Source: an uncultured Oscillospiraceae bacterium | GTDB taxonomy: Bacteria; Bacillota; Clostridia; Christensenellales; CAG-138 | DNA length: 64,000 nt | Reading direction: 5' to 3' | Assembly: GCA_964440115.1 (NCBI GenBank) | Contig: CAYTPV010000001.1 | Span: 341,528-405,527 of the forward strand | In this document: positions 1-8,156 of the stretch, piece after piece | Layout of the letters: the number at the start of each line of letters is the position of its first letter | How positions within the stretch are numbered: the first letter of the stretch is position 1 | The notes under the pieces: generated by a model | What the model was told of the DNA's origin: nothing | Databases searched by the model: none | The model's input: only the letters and a program-made list of their open reading frames with translations | Program-made: the position numbers and the translations under genes

Positions 1-282
1 CATAACGCTGATATGAAAATACAAGAGAATTTTTTTGTGGCAGGGGATGCTTCCGGCGTTGAGGAAGCCAGCACCGCCATGGAAGAAGGCCGCCTCGCAG
101 GCTTGGCGGCAGCTGTTGAGCTTGGCCGTATTGACCCAACATGCGGCGAACAACAACGCAGCGATGTCCGCCGCCGGCTGCAAACTCTGCGCAGCGGCGA
201 TTTTGGGACAAAGCGCGCTGCCGCTAAGGCAGAGATATTTGCCCGGTGCACAATATGCACCGATGAGATAGAAAGGAAGTAA
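1..282 (+). CDS. FAD/NAD(P)-dependent oxidoreductase, C-terminal fragment (5' end outside window)
   Basis: Frame 1 is open from base 1 to the stop at 280-282. The tail FFVAGDASGVEEASTAMEEGRLAGLAAA looks like the C-terminal FAD-binding GD motif of pyridine-nucleotide-disulfide / HcnB-OoxA-like oxidoreductases. Confidence 0.6.
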   Translation, partial: HNADMKIQENFFVAGDASGVEEASTAMEEGRLAGLAAAVELGRIDPTCGEQQRSDVRRRLQTLRSGDFGTKRAAAKAEIFARCTICTDEIERK

Positions 283-288
283 AGCCTG

Positions 289-717
289 ATGCAAAACTCC
301 CTGAAAGCAGTCATTCACTGCCCGCAAAGAATCCCCTGTAATCCCTGCGAGACATCCTGTCCATTTGGGGCTATTGTTGTGGGAGAAGATATATCAGCCA
401 TACCGATTTTTTACGCCGAAAAATGCCGCGGCTGCGGCCTATGTGTAGCCGCCTGTCCGGGCATTGCCATCCGTCTGCTGGGAAATGCGGATCAAGCCGG
501 CAACGCTACTGTGGTGATACCTTACGAATACCTTCCGGTTCCAACAGATGGCGATACCCTCGTTCTTACGGACGAAATGGGGGCTGATATCGGGGAAGGC
601 GTGCTGCAAAAGACAGCCAAACCGAACAAACATGATGCAACCATACTTCTATACATCACCGCTCCCGCACAAATCGCACAAAAGACGTATGGCATCAAAA
701 GATTGGTTAGGGCTTAA
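289..717 (+). CDS. 4Fe-4S dicluster domain protein
   Basis: 142 aa with two Cys clusters (CNPCETSCP and CRGCGLCVAACP) typical of 2x[4Fe-4S] ferredoxin domains. It starts 6 nt after the preceding stop, so it is in the same operon. Confidence 0.7.
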   Translation: MQNSLKAVIHCPQRIPCNPCETSCPFGAIVVGEDISAIPIFYAEKCRGCGLCVAACPGIAIRLLGNADQAGNATVVIPYEYLPVPTDGDTLVLTDEMGADIGEGVLQKTAKPNKHDATILLYITAPAQIAQKTYGIKRLVRA

Positions 718-750
718 CAGGTAGCTGCAGAAATCAAGAAAGGACAACTT

Positions 751-1029
751 ATGGATAACGATACGATCATTTGCCGCTGCGAAGAGGTCTCGAAAAAAGA
801 GATACTGGCTGCCATAGAGAAGGGAGCTTCTTCGTTGGATGATATCAAGCGCCGCACGCGATGCGGTATGGGCTTGTGTCAGGGCAAAACCTGTGGCCGC
901 CTTACCGCACAAATACTGGCGGCAGAAAAAGGCATTCCTGTTTCGCAAATTCCACCTTCCAAAAAGCGGCCTCCGGTGGGATGTATCAGCATTGATGTTC
1001 TTTCCAAGGAAATACAGGACGAAGTATAA
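751..1029 (+). CDS. (2Fe-2S)-binding protein, BFD-like
   Basis: 92 aa. IICRCEEV...RTRCGMGLCQGKTCG is the four-Cys BFD-like [2Fe-2S] pattern seen in HcnA/OoxA-type small subunits. Confidence 0.75.
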   Translation: MDNDTIICRCEEVSKKEILAAIEKGASSLDDIKRRTRCGMGLCQGKTCGRLTAQILAAEKGIPVSQIPPSKKRPPVGCISIDVLSKEIQDEV

Positions 1030-1078
1030 TTCTACGAATGTGACAGGATAGGAATTGAGAGAACGTGGTGGTGTATTC

Positions 1079-1753
1079 ATGACGGAACATAGAAAAATTG
1101 AAACGAACTCAAAAAATGATCAGGTATTTGAGTTTATTCGAGAAGAGATACTAACCGGCAGGATGGTTCCAGGTGTTATTTACAGTGCCGCCAGCTTGGC
1201 GGAATCCTTGGACGTGAGCCGTACGCCCGTGAACTATGCCATTCGGTTACTGCTTGATCAAGGTCTCATAAAGGCGCATCCGAATGTTGGATTTGAAGTA
1301 ATTCCTCTGGAATGGGATCGCATCGAAGAATTGATGCAGATCAAATCTGCAATGGAACGACTTTGCATCCTCCGTATGAAAGACCGCGTTCAGCCATCTG
1401 ATATAGATACGCTGCTGGAATACTCTCAAAAAATACGTCAGTCCATTATTGACAAAGATGATCAGGCATATTTTCAATTCGTAAAAGATTTGCATTGGGG
1501 CATCTGCTCTGCCGGCAAGTCGAAACTTTGCCTCGATTTTTCGCAGCGCTACTGGGACTACGAAGGATGGTACACTGTAAAAATGGATGAACATAAAGAG
1601 CAATTGCTCTCCATGTGCGACGACCATGACATGATGTTAAACAGTATTAGCCAGGGGGATTACGAAAGAGCAGTCTCTATCTGTGAGTCACATCATCTGA
1701 AATGTTTGGATTTGCTCAAAAGTAATCTCAACCCCGCCATGATTTCATCTTAA
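1079..1753 (+). CDS. GntR-family transcriptional regulator (FadR/FCD-type C-domain)
   Basis: It has an N-terminal winged-helix GntR signature (SAASLAESLDVSRTPVNYAIRLLLDQGLI) and a helical C-terminal domain. I prefer ATG 1079 to the TTG 1055 start in the ORF track, but the start is uncertain. Confidence 0.8.
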   Translation: MTEHRKIETNSKNDQVFEFIREEILTGRMVPGVIYSAASLAESLDVSRTPVNYAIRLLLDQGLIKAHPNVGFEVIPLEWDRIEELMQIKSAMERLCILRMKDRVQPSDIDTLLEYSQKIRQSIIDKDDQAYFQFVKDLHWGICSAGKSKLCLDFSQRYWDYEGWYTVKMDEHKEQLLSMCDDHDMMLNSISQGDYERAVSICESHHLKCLDLLKSNLNPAMISS

Positions 1754-1775
1754 GCCTAGACTCTCTTCAAGGTCT

Positions 1776-2075
1776 TTATCCCGTACTGTGGGTGGACGCC
1801 AGTTTCGGCTTGAACTGCCTTTGCCCACAGTTCGGCATGGTCACGCTGCGTCGCCGAATACGGCTTCCTTGCGTTCCCTGCCTCACTGGACTTCCGGCTC
1901 GCTTCATCCCGCACTGCGGGCGCTTTCCCAGGTTCCCACCCAGGGCATCCGCAAGCGGATGGCCGTTTCGGCCTGCAAACGCTTCACTGGAGCGTTTGCT
2001 GCCTTCGGCACCGGCCTCAACCCCATTACCACATTGGCACTGAATGAAGGTAGGCAGGCCGAGTTTATTTTTCAG
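1776..2075. repeat. Copy A of a dispersed, structure-conserving intergenic element (candidate ncRNA; class unknown)
   Basis: There is no credible ORF; both-strand ORFs are Arg/Pro/Ala-rich and lack an RBS. Nested hairpins include 1785-1792/1824-1831, 1853-1864, 1908-1920, 1946-1961, 1961-1973 and 1975-1999. Core 1837-1920 aligns to the reverse complement of 59659-59741 with compensatory pair changes. Confidence 0.45.
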
Positions 2076-2120
2076 CTCCAAAAGAACGAGCACCCTTACG
2101 GGTGCTCGTTCTTTTGGAGC
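2075..2120 (-). terminator. 21-bp perfect hairpin after tRNA-Thr (bidirectional terminator-like)
   Basis: GCTCCAAAAGAACGAGCACCC / loop / GGGTGCTCGTTCTTTTGGAGC. The loop reads GTAA (GNRA) on the minus strand. The inner 12-bp GC-rich stem is followed by TTTTGG on either strand. The outer arm overlaps the tRNA 3' end. Confidence 0.6.
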
Positions 2121-2190
2121 TGATGAACAGATTCGAACTGTCTACCTCCTCATTACCAATGAGGTGCTCTACCGACTGAGCTACATCAGC
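2115..2190 (-). tRNA. tRNA-Thr (anticodon GGU), CCA encoded
   Basis: I folded the reverse complement GCTGATGTAGCTCAGTCGGTAGAGCACCTCATTGGTAATGAGGAGGTAGACAGTTCGAATCTGTTCATCAGCTCCA by hand into a cloverleaf. It has a 7-bp acceptor stem, a D-arm GCTC/GAGC, an anticodon stem CCTCA/TGAGG with loop TTGGTAA, and a T-arm with loop TTCGAAT. Confidence 0.92.
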
Positions 2191-2223
2191 ATATATCGTT
2201 GGCTGCTTTTGGGCAACGTCCAT

Positions 2224-2252
2224 ATTATAACGAAAGCGTCCGCGGTTTGCAA
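2224..2252 (-). promoter_or_regulatory. Sigma-A-type promoter for tRNA-Thr
   Basis: The minus strand reads TTGCAA, then 17 nt, then TATAAT (plus-strand 2247-2252 and 2224-2229). It lies about 30 nt upstream of the tRNA 5' end. Confidence 0.55.
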
Positions 2253-2459
2253 GTCCTTTTTTCTGGAGCTGTCACAAGGGGATTTATGGTTAAATCCCGC
2301 TAATTCTCTGGAAAAACCGCATTTTTTTGCCCAATTCCGTGCCATATTTGCACGCATTTCTTTTCTGCGTTATAATAGATTAGATTTATATGCTCCCTGT
2401 CTTGCGGTACGCGGATGGGGCATTATCATTATGATGCCGTCAGGCGGAGGTGCTCTTAG

Positions 2460-4922
2460 TTGGCAAGACGTACGAAAAAGAGGAATGAGGCGCAGCAGAC
2501 CCGCCGCGAGGTGTGGGGAGTCGCGTTAATCGCCCTTGCCGTATTTTTAGGCGTCTGCCTGTATTTTGAGACCGCCGGTTTAATTGGAGCGGCCATTACC
2601 GATCTTCTGTTTGGGCTGACCGGCCTGTTCGCCTATGCCCTGCCTGTCGCGCTGTTGGTCGGCGGCGGATTTATAATTGGCCTTGCCGCAGCGCGTCCGC
2701 AAAAAGGCAGAACTGCATTGGTACTGCTTGGCGTAATGCTCGCACTTACGCTGCTGCATGTAATCGCGCGGCCTGTTCTGGGAACATCCACATTTTTAGC
2801 ATATGTGCGTGACGCGTACATTTACGGATCTGCAAGCTTTGCGGGCGGCGGCGCGTTCGGCGCGCTGCTTTGTTACCCCCTGCTGCTGCTCACGGGTGAA
2901 GCAGGCACGTACATTTTCCTCATTGCCGGATTGCTGATCATTGTATTGTCGGTCACAAGCCTGTCCCTTCGCCATACCGGACAGCAGGTGGGCGTAAAGG
3001 TGAAGGAAGGTCTGCAGCTTGCATCTGAGGCGCGTGCGGCGCGCAGAGAACTTTATACCGCATCGCTGGCCGAAGAGATGCCGACTGCAGCGCCAACATT
3101 CGCGCCGCGGGCGGCAAAGCGGCGCCCTATACGCGACGACGCGGGCGATATCTCGTTCATGCCCATGGAAGGGCCGCTGCAAAAGAAAGCACCAGAGCCG
3201 GAGCCCCCGCTTACATCGACTGTGAAACGCGCCCCGAGTACGGTAAACGAAAGTACCGCCGCAAAAGCAGACGAACCTACCATTACATTCTACAGCGACG
3301 AAGAAGATGCAGAGCCCGACGATTTTGCAGCTACGCCTCTGCGCACGGCGCAGCGTGCCCAAACCTGCCGGGAAACCAAACCCATCATCGCGGTGCAGCC
3401 GCAGCCGGAACCCGAGCCTGCGCCCGCCGCGGCACATCCGGAACCGCCGCAAAGGCACGCGGAATTGCTGCCGTATCTGCCCCCCTCCTTCAGTCTGTTG
3501 AACCCTTCCCACCCCAACTACGGACGCAGCACGGAATCCCCCTCGGACAAAGGAAAGCTGTTGGTGGAAACGCTGGAAAGCTTCAACGTATCCGCAAAGA
3601 TCGTGAATATCAGCGTAGGGCCGGTCATTACGCGTTATGAGCTTGCGCCCGCACCGGGCGTGCGCGTCAACCGCATCACAGCGCTTTCGGATGATATCGC
3701 GCTCGCGTTGGCCGCGCCGCGCGTACGAATAGAAGCGCCCATTCCCGGCAAGGCTGCCGTCGGCATTGAAGTGCCCAACAAGGATACCGCGACAGTCGTG
3801 CTGCGCGATATTGTAGAAAGCCGAGAATTCGCCACGGCCAAATCCCCCATCACGCTCGCTCTGGGCAAGGATATCGCCGGCAAGGTAATCGTGGCGGACT
3901 TGGGCAAAATGCCCCACTTGCTCATCGCCGGCGCAACAGGCTCGGGCAAGAGCGTTTGCATCAACGACATCATAATTTCTCTCGTATATAAATGCTCGCC
4001 GCAGGAACTGCAGCTGATACTGGTTGACCCGAAGGTGGTCGAGCTCTCTTCGTTCACGGTACTGCCCCACCTGAAAGTGCCCGTCGTTACCGATCCCAAG
4101 AAGGCGGCCGGTGCGCTTGCAGGAGGCGTACGTGAAATGACGGAGCGTTACCAGAAGTTCGCTAAGCTGGGCGCGCGCGATTTGGAGCGATACAACGAAC
4201 TCCAGCAGGACCCTCTGGACAAGCTGCCCAAACTGGTTATCATTATAGATGAGCTGGCGGACCTCATGATGGTCGCGCCGGATACCGTGGAAGACAGCAT
4301 CTGCCGCATCGCGCAGTTGGGCCGCGCGGCGGGCATCCACTTGATCGTTGCCACACAGCGCCCCTCGGCGGATGTTATCACCGGCCTGATCAAGGCCAAC
4401 GTACCGTCCCGTATCGCGTTTGCGGTGGCGTCGGCAATCGATTCGCGCATCATACTCGACTCGGGCGGCGCCGAAAAGCTGCTGGGCCGCGGCGATATGC
4501 TCTTCCATCCCAACGGCGCAGGCAAGCCCATCCGTGTGCAGGGCGCTTATGTATCCGACGAGGAAGTCGAGCGTATCGTAAAGCACTTCCAGTCGCAGGC
4601 GCTTGCGCCGGAGTTCGACGAACAAATGATGGGCGAAATGGACGAAGAGCACACCACCGGCGCGCAGGGCAACGGCAAACAGGAGGATGACCTGCTGGGT
4701 GAGGCCGTTCGCATCGTGCTGGACAGCGGACAAGCCTCCATTTCCATGATACAGCGCAGACTCCGGGTTGGTTATGCCCGTGCGGCTCGGCTGGTGGATA
4801 TTATGGAACAGCATGGATACGTCAGCGGCTTTGACGGAAGCAAACCAAGGAAACTCTTAATTACGCGCGCTCAGTACGAACAGGTATTTGGCAGCCACGC
4901 GGGGGATGGACTGGATGAGTAA
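2460..4922 (+). CDS. ftsK: DNA translocase FtsK/SpoIIIE
   Basis: TTG start at 2460 with GGAGG about 8 nt upstream. It has N-terminal TM helices, a Pro/Ala/Glu-rich linker, a motor domain with Walker A GATGSGKSV and IIIDELADLM, and a C-terminal gamma wHTH (ASISMIQRRLRVGYARAARLVD). Confidence 0.92.
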   Translation: MARRTKKRNEAQQTRREVWGVALIALAVFLGVCLYFETAGLIGAAITDLLFGLTGLFAYALPVALLVGGGFIIGLAAARPQKGRTALVLLGVMLALTLLHVIARPVLGTSTFLAYVRDAYIYGSASFAGGGAFGALLCYPLLLLTGEAGTYIFLIAGLLIIVLSVTSLSLRHTGQQVGVKVKEGLQLASEARAARRELYTASLAEEMPTAAPTFAPRAAKRRPIRDDAGDISFMPMEGPLQKKAPEPEPPLTSTVKRAPSTVNESTAAKADEPTITFYSDEEDAEPDDFAATPLRTAQRAQTCRETKPIIAVQPQPEPEPAPAAAHPEPPQRHAELLPYLPPSFSLLNPSHPNYGRSTESPSDKGKLLVETLESFNVSAKIVNISVGPVITRYELAPAPGVRVNRITALSDDIALALAAPRVRIEAPIPGKAAVGIEVPNKDTATVVLRDIVESREFATAKSPITLALGKDIAGKVIVADLGKMPHLLIAGATGSGKSVCINDIIISLVYKCSPQELQLILVDPKVVELSSFTVLPHLKVPVVTDPKKAAGALAGGVREMTERYQKFAKLGARDLERYNELQQDPLDKLPKLVIIIDELADLMMVAPDTVEDSICRIAQLGRAAGIHLIVATQRPSADVITGLIKANVPSRIAFAVASAIDSRIILDSGGAEKLLGRGDMLFHPNGAGKPIRVQGAYVSDEEVERIVKHFQSQALAPEFDEQMMGEMDEEHTTGAQGNGKQEDDLLGEAVRIVLDSGQASISMIQRRLRVGYARAARLVDIMEQHGYVSGFDGSKPRKLLITRAQYEQVFGSHAGDGLDE

Positions 4923-6198
4923 TATTGGCGTTATTTCGCTGGGCTGCTCCAAAAACAGAGTGGATACGGAACGCATGCTGGGGCTTTTGAGTGCATCCGG
5001 ACACACGATTGTGCAGGACCCTGCCATCGCAGATGTACTGATCATCAATACCTGCGGCTTTATTGAGTCAGCAAAGCAGGAAAGCATCGACACCATACTC
5101 GAGATGGCAGCCTATAAACAGACAGGCAATTGCCGCACGCTCGTGGTCACAGGCTGTTTATCGCAGCGCTACCGGGAAGAACTCACAAACGAACTGCCCG
5201 AAGTGGATATTTTTCTAGGTGTACGGGAATACGAGCGTCTGCCCGGCCTGTTATCGGGCGGCAAGCCCTGCGCGGCAGTCGCCGCGCGCAGGCTGACTAC
5301 GCCATCCTATTCCGCTTATCTGCGCATAGGCGACGGCTGCAACAACCGCTGCTCCTACTGCGCGATACCTCTCATTCGCGGGCCGCTGCACAGCGTGCCC
5401 ATGCCTAATTTAATCGAAGAAGCGCGCGTCCTTGTGGACGGCGGCGTAACGGAGCTTACGCTCATCGCGCAGGATACATCCGGCTATGGTGTGGACCTCT
5501 ACGACAAGCCCATGCTGCTTCCGCTTATGAATGAACTGACGAAGATATCCGGACTCGTGTGGCTGCGTGTACTGTACACCTACCCCGATACCGTGACGGA
5601 GGAACTCATTCGCGGCATCGCGGATAACGAAAAGATATGCCGATACCTCGACATCCCCCTGCAGCATGTGGACGATGAGATACTCAAACGCATGCACCGC
5701 CGCGGCAACCGCGCGCATATTGAGAGCGTACTGGGACTCATCCGTTCGAAGTATCCTGACTTCATGCTGCGCACCACCATGATGACGGGCTTCCCCGGCG
5801 AGACGCAGGCACAGCACGAGGACATGCTGCGTTTTCTGCGGGAATATCCCTTCGATCGCGTAGGCGCGTTTGCATTCTCGCCTGAAGAGGATACGCCTGC
5901 ATCACTGATGCAGGAACAGCTGCCCGAGGACGTGAAACAGGAGCGGTTAAACGCGCTCATGGCACAGCAGCAGGGCATATCTCGTGCGCGAAACGCCGCA
6001 AGAGTTGGCAGCATCGTTACGGTGCTGGTGGAAAATACAAACGCAGACATGACGCGGGGACGTTCCTATGCGGAAGCGCCCGAAGTGGACGGCAGCATAT
6101 TCCTTCCGGCCAAACCGCATCACAAGGCAGGTCAGTATCTGCGGGTAAAACTTACCCGCGCGCACAACTACGATATCTTTGGGGAGGAATTATCGTGA
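4915..6198 (+). CDS. rimO: Ribosomal protein S12 methylthiotransferase RimO (radical SAM)
   Basis: It carries MSNIGVISLGCSKNRVDTE, the radical-SAM motif CNNRCSYCAIP and a C-terminal TRAM-like domain. ATG 4915 overlaps the ftsK stop; the ORF-track start 4888 is also possible. Confidence 0.85.
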   Translation: MSNIGVISLGCSKNRVDTERMLGLLSASGHTIVQDPAIADVLIINTCGFIESAKQESIDTILEMAAYKQTGNCRTLVVTGCLSQRYREELTNELPEVDIFLGVREYERLPGLLSGGKPCAAVAARRLTTPSYSAYLRIGDGCNNRCSYCAIPLIRGPLHSVPMPNLIEEARVLVDGGVTELTLIAQDTSGYGVDLYDKPMLLPLMNELTKISGLVWLRVLYTYPDTVTEELIRGIADNEKICRYLDIPLQHVDDEILKRMHRRGNRAHIESVLGLIRSKYPDFMLRTTMMTGFPGETQAQHEDMLRFLREYPFDRVGAFAFSPEEDTPASLMQEQLPEDVKQERLNALMAQQQGISRARNAARVGSIVTVLVENTNADMTRGRSYAEAPEVDGSIFLPAKPHHKAGQYLRVKLTRAHNYDIFGEELS

Positions 6199-6731
6199 AT
6201 CTTCCAAACAAGCTGACGTTAACCCGCATCGCACTCATTCCTTTTTTTATCGCCTGTTTCTACTTACGCGTCTCCTACGCGAATCTGATTGCAGCGGTCG
6301 TGTTTACGCTTGCGTATCTGACGGACGTTTTTGACGGGCAGATTGCGCGCAAACACAATCTCATCACCAATTTCGGCAAACTCATGGACCCGATTGCGGA
6401 TAAGCTGTTAACCTGCAGCGCGTTTATCATGCTGGTCAGCTTCGGTATGCTTTCCCCCATCGCCGCCATCATCGTCATAGGCCGTGAATTCATCATCAGC
6501 GGCTTCCGCCTTGTAGCGGCGGGCAGCGGCAATGTCATCGCGGCAAGCTGGCTGGGCAAAATGAAAACGGTCTCGCAATTTGTGGCCATCAATCTGCTGC
6601 TCATCTGGCCCTATACGGGGCTTATCAGTTTTCCTCTGGACAGCATCGTGCTGTGGATTTCCGTATTTTTCACCGCATGGTCCGGCGTGGATTATATCGT
6701 CAAGAACCGTGCAAGCGTCAATTTCTCATAA
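6195..6731 (+). CDS. pgsA: CDP-diacylglycerol--glycerol-3-phosphate 3-phosphatidyltransferase
   Basis: GTG start overlaps the rimO stop. It has the CDP-alcohol phosphotransferase motif DVFDGQIARKHNLITNFGKLMDPIADKLL and multiple TM segments. Confidence 0.9.
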   Translation: MNLPNKLTLTRIALIPFFIACFYLRVSYANLIAAVVFTLAYLTDVFDGQIARKHNLITNFGKLMDPIADKLLTCSAFIMLVSFGMLSPIAAIIVIGREFIISGFRLVAAGSGNVIAASWLGKMKTVSQFVAINLLLIWPYTGLISFPLDSIVLWISVFFTAWSGVDYIVKNRASVNFS

Positions 6732-6746
6732 ACTAAGGGGGATATT

Positions 6747-7994
6747 ATGATCGCCGAACTGATCAGCGTTGGAACAGAGCTGTTGATGGGGCAGGTCCTC
6801 AATACGGACGCCCAATTCATGGCGCAGAACCTTGCGCCCATGGGGGTAAACGTATATCATCAGGTGACCGTCGGCGATAATCCCGGCCGCCTGAAGGACG
6901 CAATCCACACGGCGCTTTCACGCGCGGATATCGTGATTTTGTCCGGCGGCCTGGGGCCGACGGGAGACGACCTGACCAAAGAGACCGTGGCCGATGCGTT
7001 TTCTCTGCCCATTGTGCGCGTGCCGGAAGCGGAAGAAACGCTGCGCGGCCGCTTTGCGGCAATGGGCCGGGAAATGACGCCCAACAACCTCAAGCAGGCG
7101 GATTTTCCACAAGGAAGCATCCTGTTAAAGAACCCCAACGGAACTGCACAGGGCTGCATTGTGGAGCATGAGGGCAAGGCCGCGATACTCCTGCCCGGGC
7201 CGCCGCGCGAGCTGTTTCCCATGTTTGAGAACGAAGTCATGCCCTATCTCATACAACGGAGCGGCAGCAAGCTGTACTCCCGTGAACTTCGAATTTTCGG
7301 CATGGGCGAATCCAGCGTGGAATACAGGCTCAAAGACCTGATGGACGCGCAGGATAACCCCACCATAGCGCCTTATGCGAAAACCGGCGAAGTCACGCTG
7401 CGCGTTACCGCGCGCTGCCAGAACGACGAAGAAGGTCTTGCGCTTGTTATGCCCGTCATTCGGGAGATTTTAGAGCGTCTCGGAGATATCGTGTATTCTA
7501 CGCAGGGCGTACCTCTCGCGGGAGTTTGTTCTGCACTGCTCGAAGAAAAGAACGTGATGCTCGCCGTAGCGGAAAGCTGCACGGGCGGCCTTCTTTCTTC
7601 CACACTGGTGGATGTGCCGGGCAGTTCGGCGTACTTTATGGAAGGCGTCGTGACGTACTCTGACGCGTCCAAGATGCGAAGGCTGCAGGTATCCACCGCC
7701 ACCATCCGCAAGCACGGAGCGGTCAGCGAAGAATGTGCGCGCGAAATGGCTGCGGGTATGCGCAGAACATCCAGCGCTGACTATGCGCTGGCCACAACAG
7801 GTATCGCAGGCCCCGGCGGTGCGACCAAGGACAAGCCCGTCGGTTTGGTGTATATCGCGATAGCAGGACCGGACGGGGTAGTTTGCCGCCGCCTGCACCT
7901 GACCGGCGACCGAGCCCGCATACGCGAAGTGACGGTGCTCAACGCGCTGGATCTGCTGCGCCGTACGCTGCTGGGATTGCCGATACCGGAATAA
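6747..7994 (+). CDS. cinA: Competence/damage-inducible protein CinA (MoCF-binding + NMN amidohydrolase domains)
   Basis: It begins MIAELISVGTELLMGQVLNTDAQF and has a C-terminal PncC-like domain (AVAESCTGGLLS). It sits in the classic position upstream of recA. Confidence 0.88.
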   Translation: MIAELISVGTELLMGQVLNTDAQFMAQNLAPMGVNVYHQVTVGDNPGRLKDAIHTALSRADIVILSGGLGPTGDDLTKETVADAFSLPIVRVPEAEETLRGRFAAMGREMTPNNLKQADFPQGSILLKNPNGTAQGCIVEHEGKAAILLPGPPRELFPMFENEVMPYLIQRSGSKLYSRELRIFGMGESSVEYRLKDLMDAQDNPTIAPYAKTGEVTLRVTARCQNDEEGLALVMPVIREILERLGDIVYSTQGVPLAGVCSALLEEKNVMLAVAESCTGGLLSSTLVDVPGSSAYFMEGVVTYSDASKMRRLQVSTATIRKHGAVSEECAREMAAGMRRTSSADYALATTGIAGPGGATKDKPVGLVYIAIAGPDGVVCRRLHLTGDRARIREVTVLNALDLLRRTLLGLPIPE

Positions 7995-8114
7995 TATTTC
8001 CATATCGGAAACATATTTCAGTCTGGAATTTCACATAATACGCTAATTTGGCATGAACTTGCTCAATGATGTTTCCATATTCGATACTTTTTGCTTTTCT
8101 TATGCTATGTGTTG

Positions 8115-8123
8115 TGATATACT
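8115..8123 (+). promoter_or_regulatory. Extended -10 element (TGaTATACT), candidate recA promoter
   Basis: TGATATACT lies at 8115-8123, about 34 nt upstream of the recA ATG. I see no strong -35. Confidence 0.35.
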
Positions 8124-8156
8124 CATCACAACCGTAAGAATACGAGGAGGATCTCA

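Noticed and set aside
1776-2123. Possibility that the structured region next to tRNA-Thr is RNase P RNA, tmRNA, SRP RNA or 6S RNA
   Set aside because: I looked for GAGGAAAGTCC / ACAGAAC..GGCTTA (RNase P), a GGGG..GGATTCGAC 5' end and tRNA-like 3' end (tmRNA), and GTCAGGTCCGGAAGGAAGCAGC (SRP). None is present; CCGGAAGTCC is only a superficial resemblance. A second diverged copy in the same window also argues against these single-copy RNAs. The check was by eye only, so cmscan should confirm it.
2044-2529. 161-aa ORF spanning the tRNA-Thr gene and the ftsK upstream region
   Set aside because: It runs through a tRNA gene and a promoter region, and its composition is not protein-like.
2796-4814. 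672-aa ORF antisense to ftsK
   Set aside because: It is Arg/Gly/Cys/His-rich with no motifs and no RBS, and it lies entirely inside a confidently identified gene on the other strand. This is a typical shadow ORF of GC-rich DNA.
8006-8021. Possible LexA/DinR SOS box (CGGAAACATATTTCAG) upstream of recA
   Set aside because: It matches GAAC-N4-GTTC at only 6 of 8 core positions, and both inner positions differ. It also overlaps a weak hairpin just after the cinA stop. This is not convincing without a genome-specific LexA motif.
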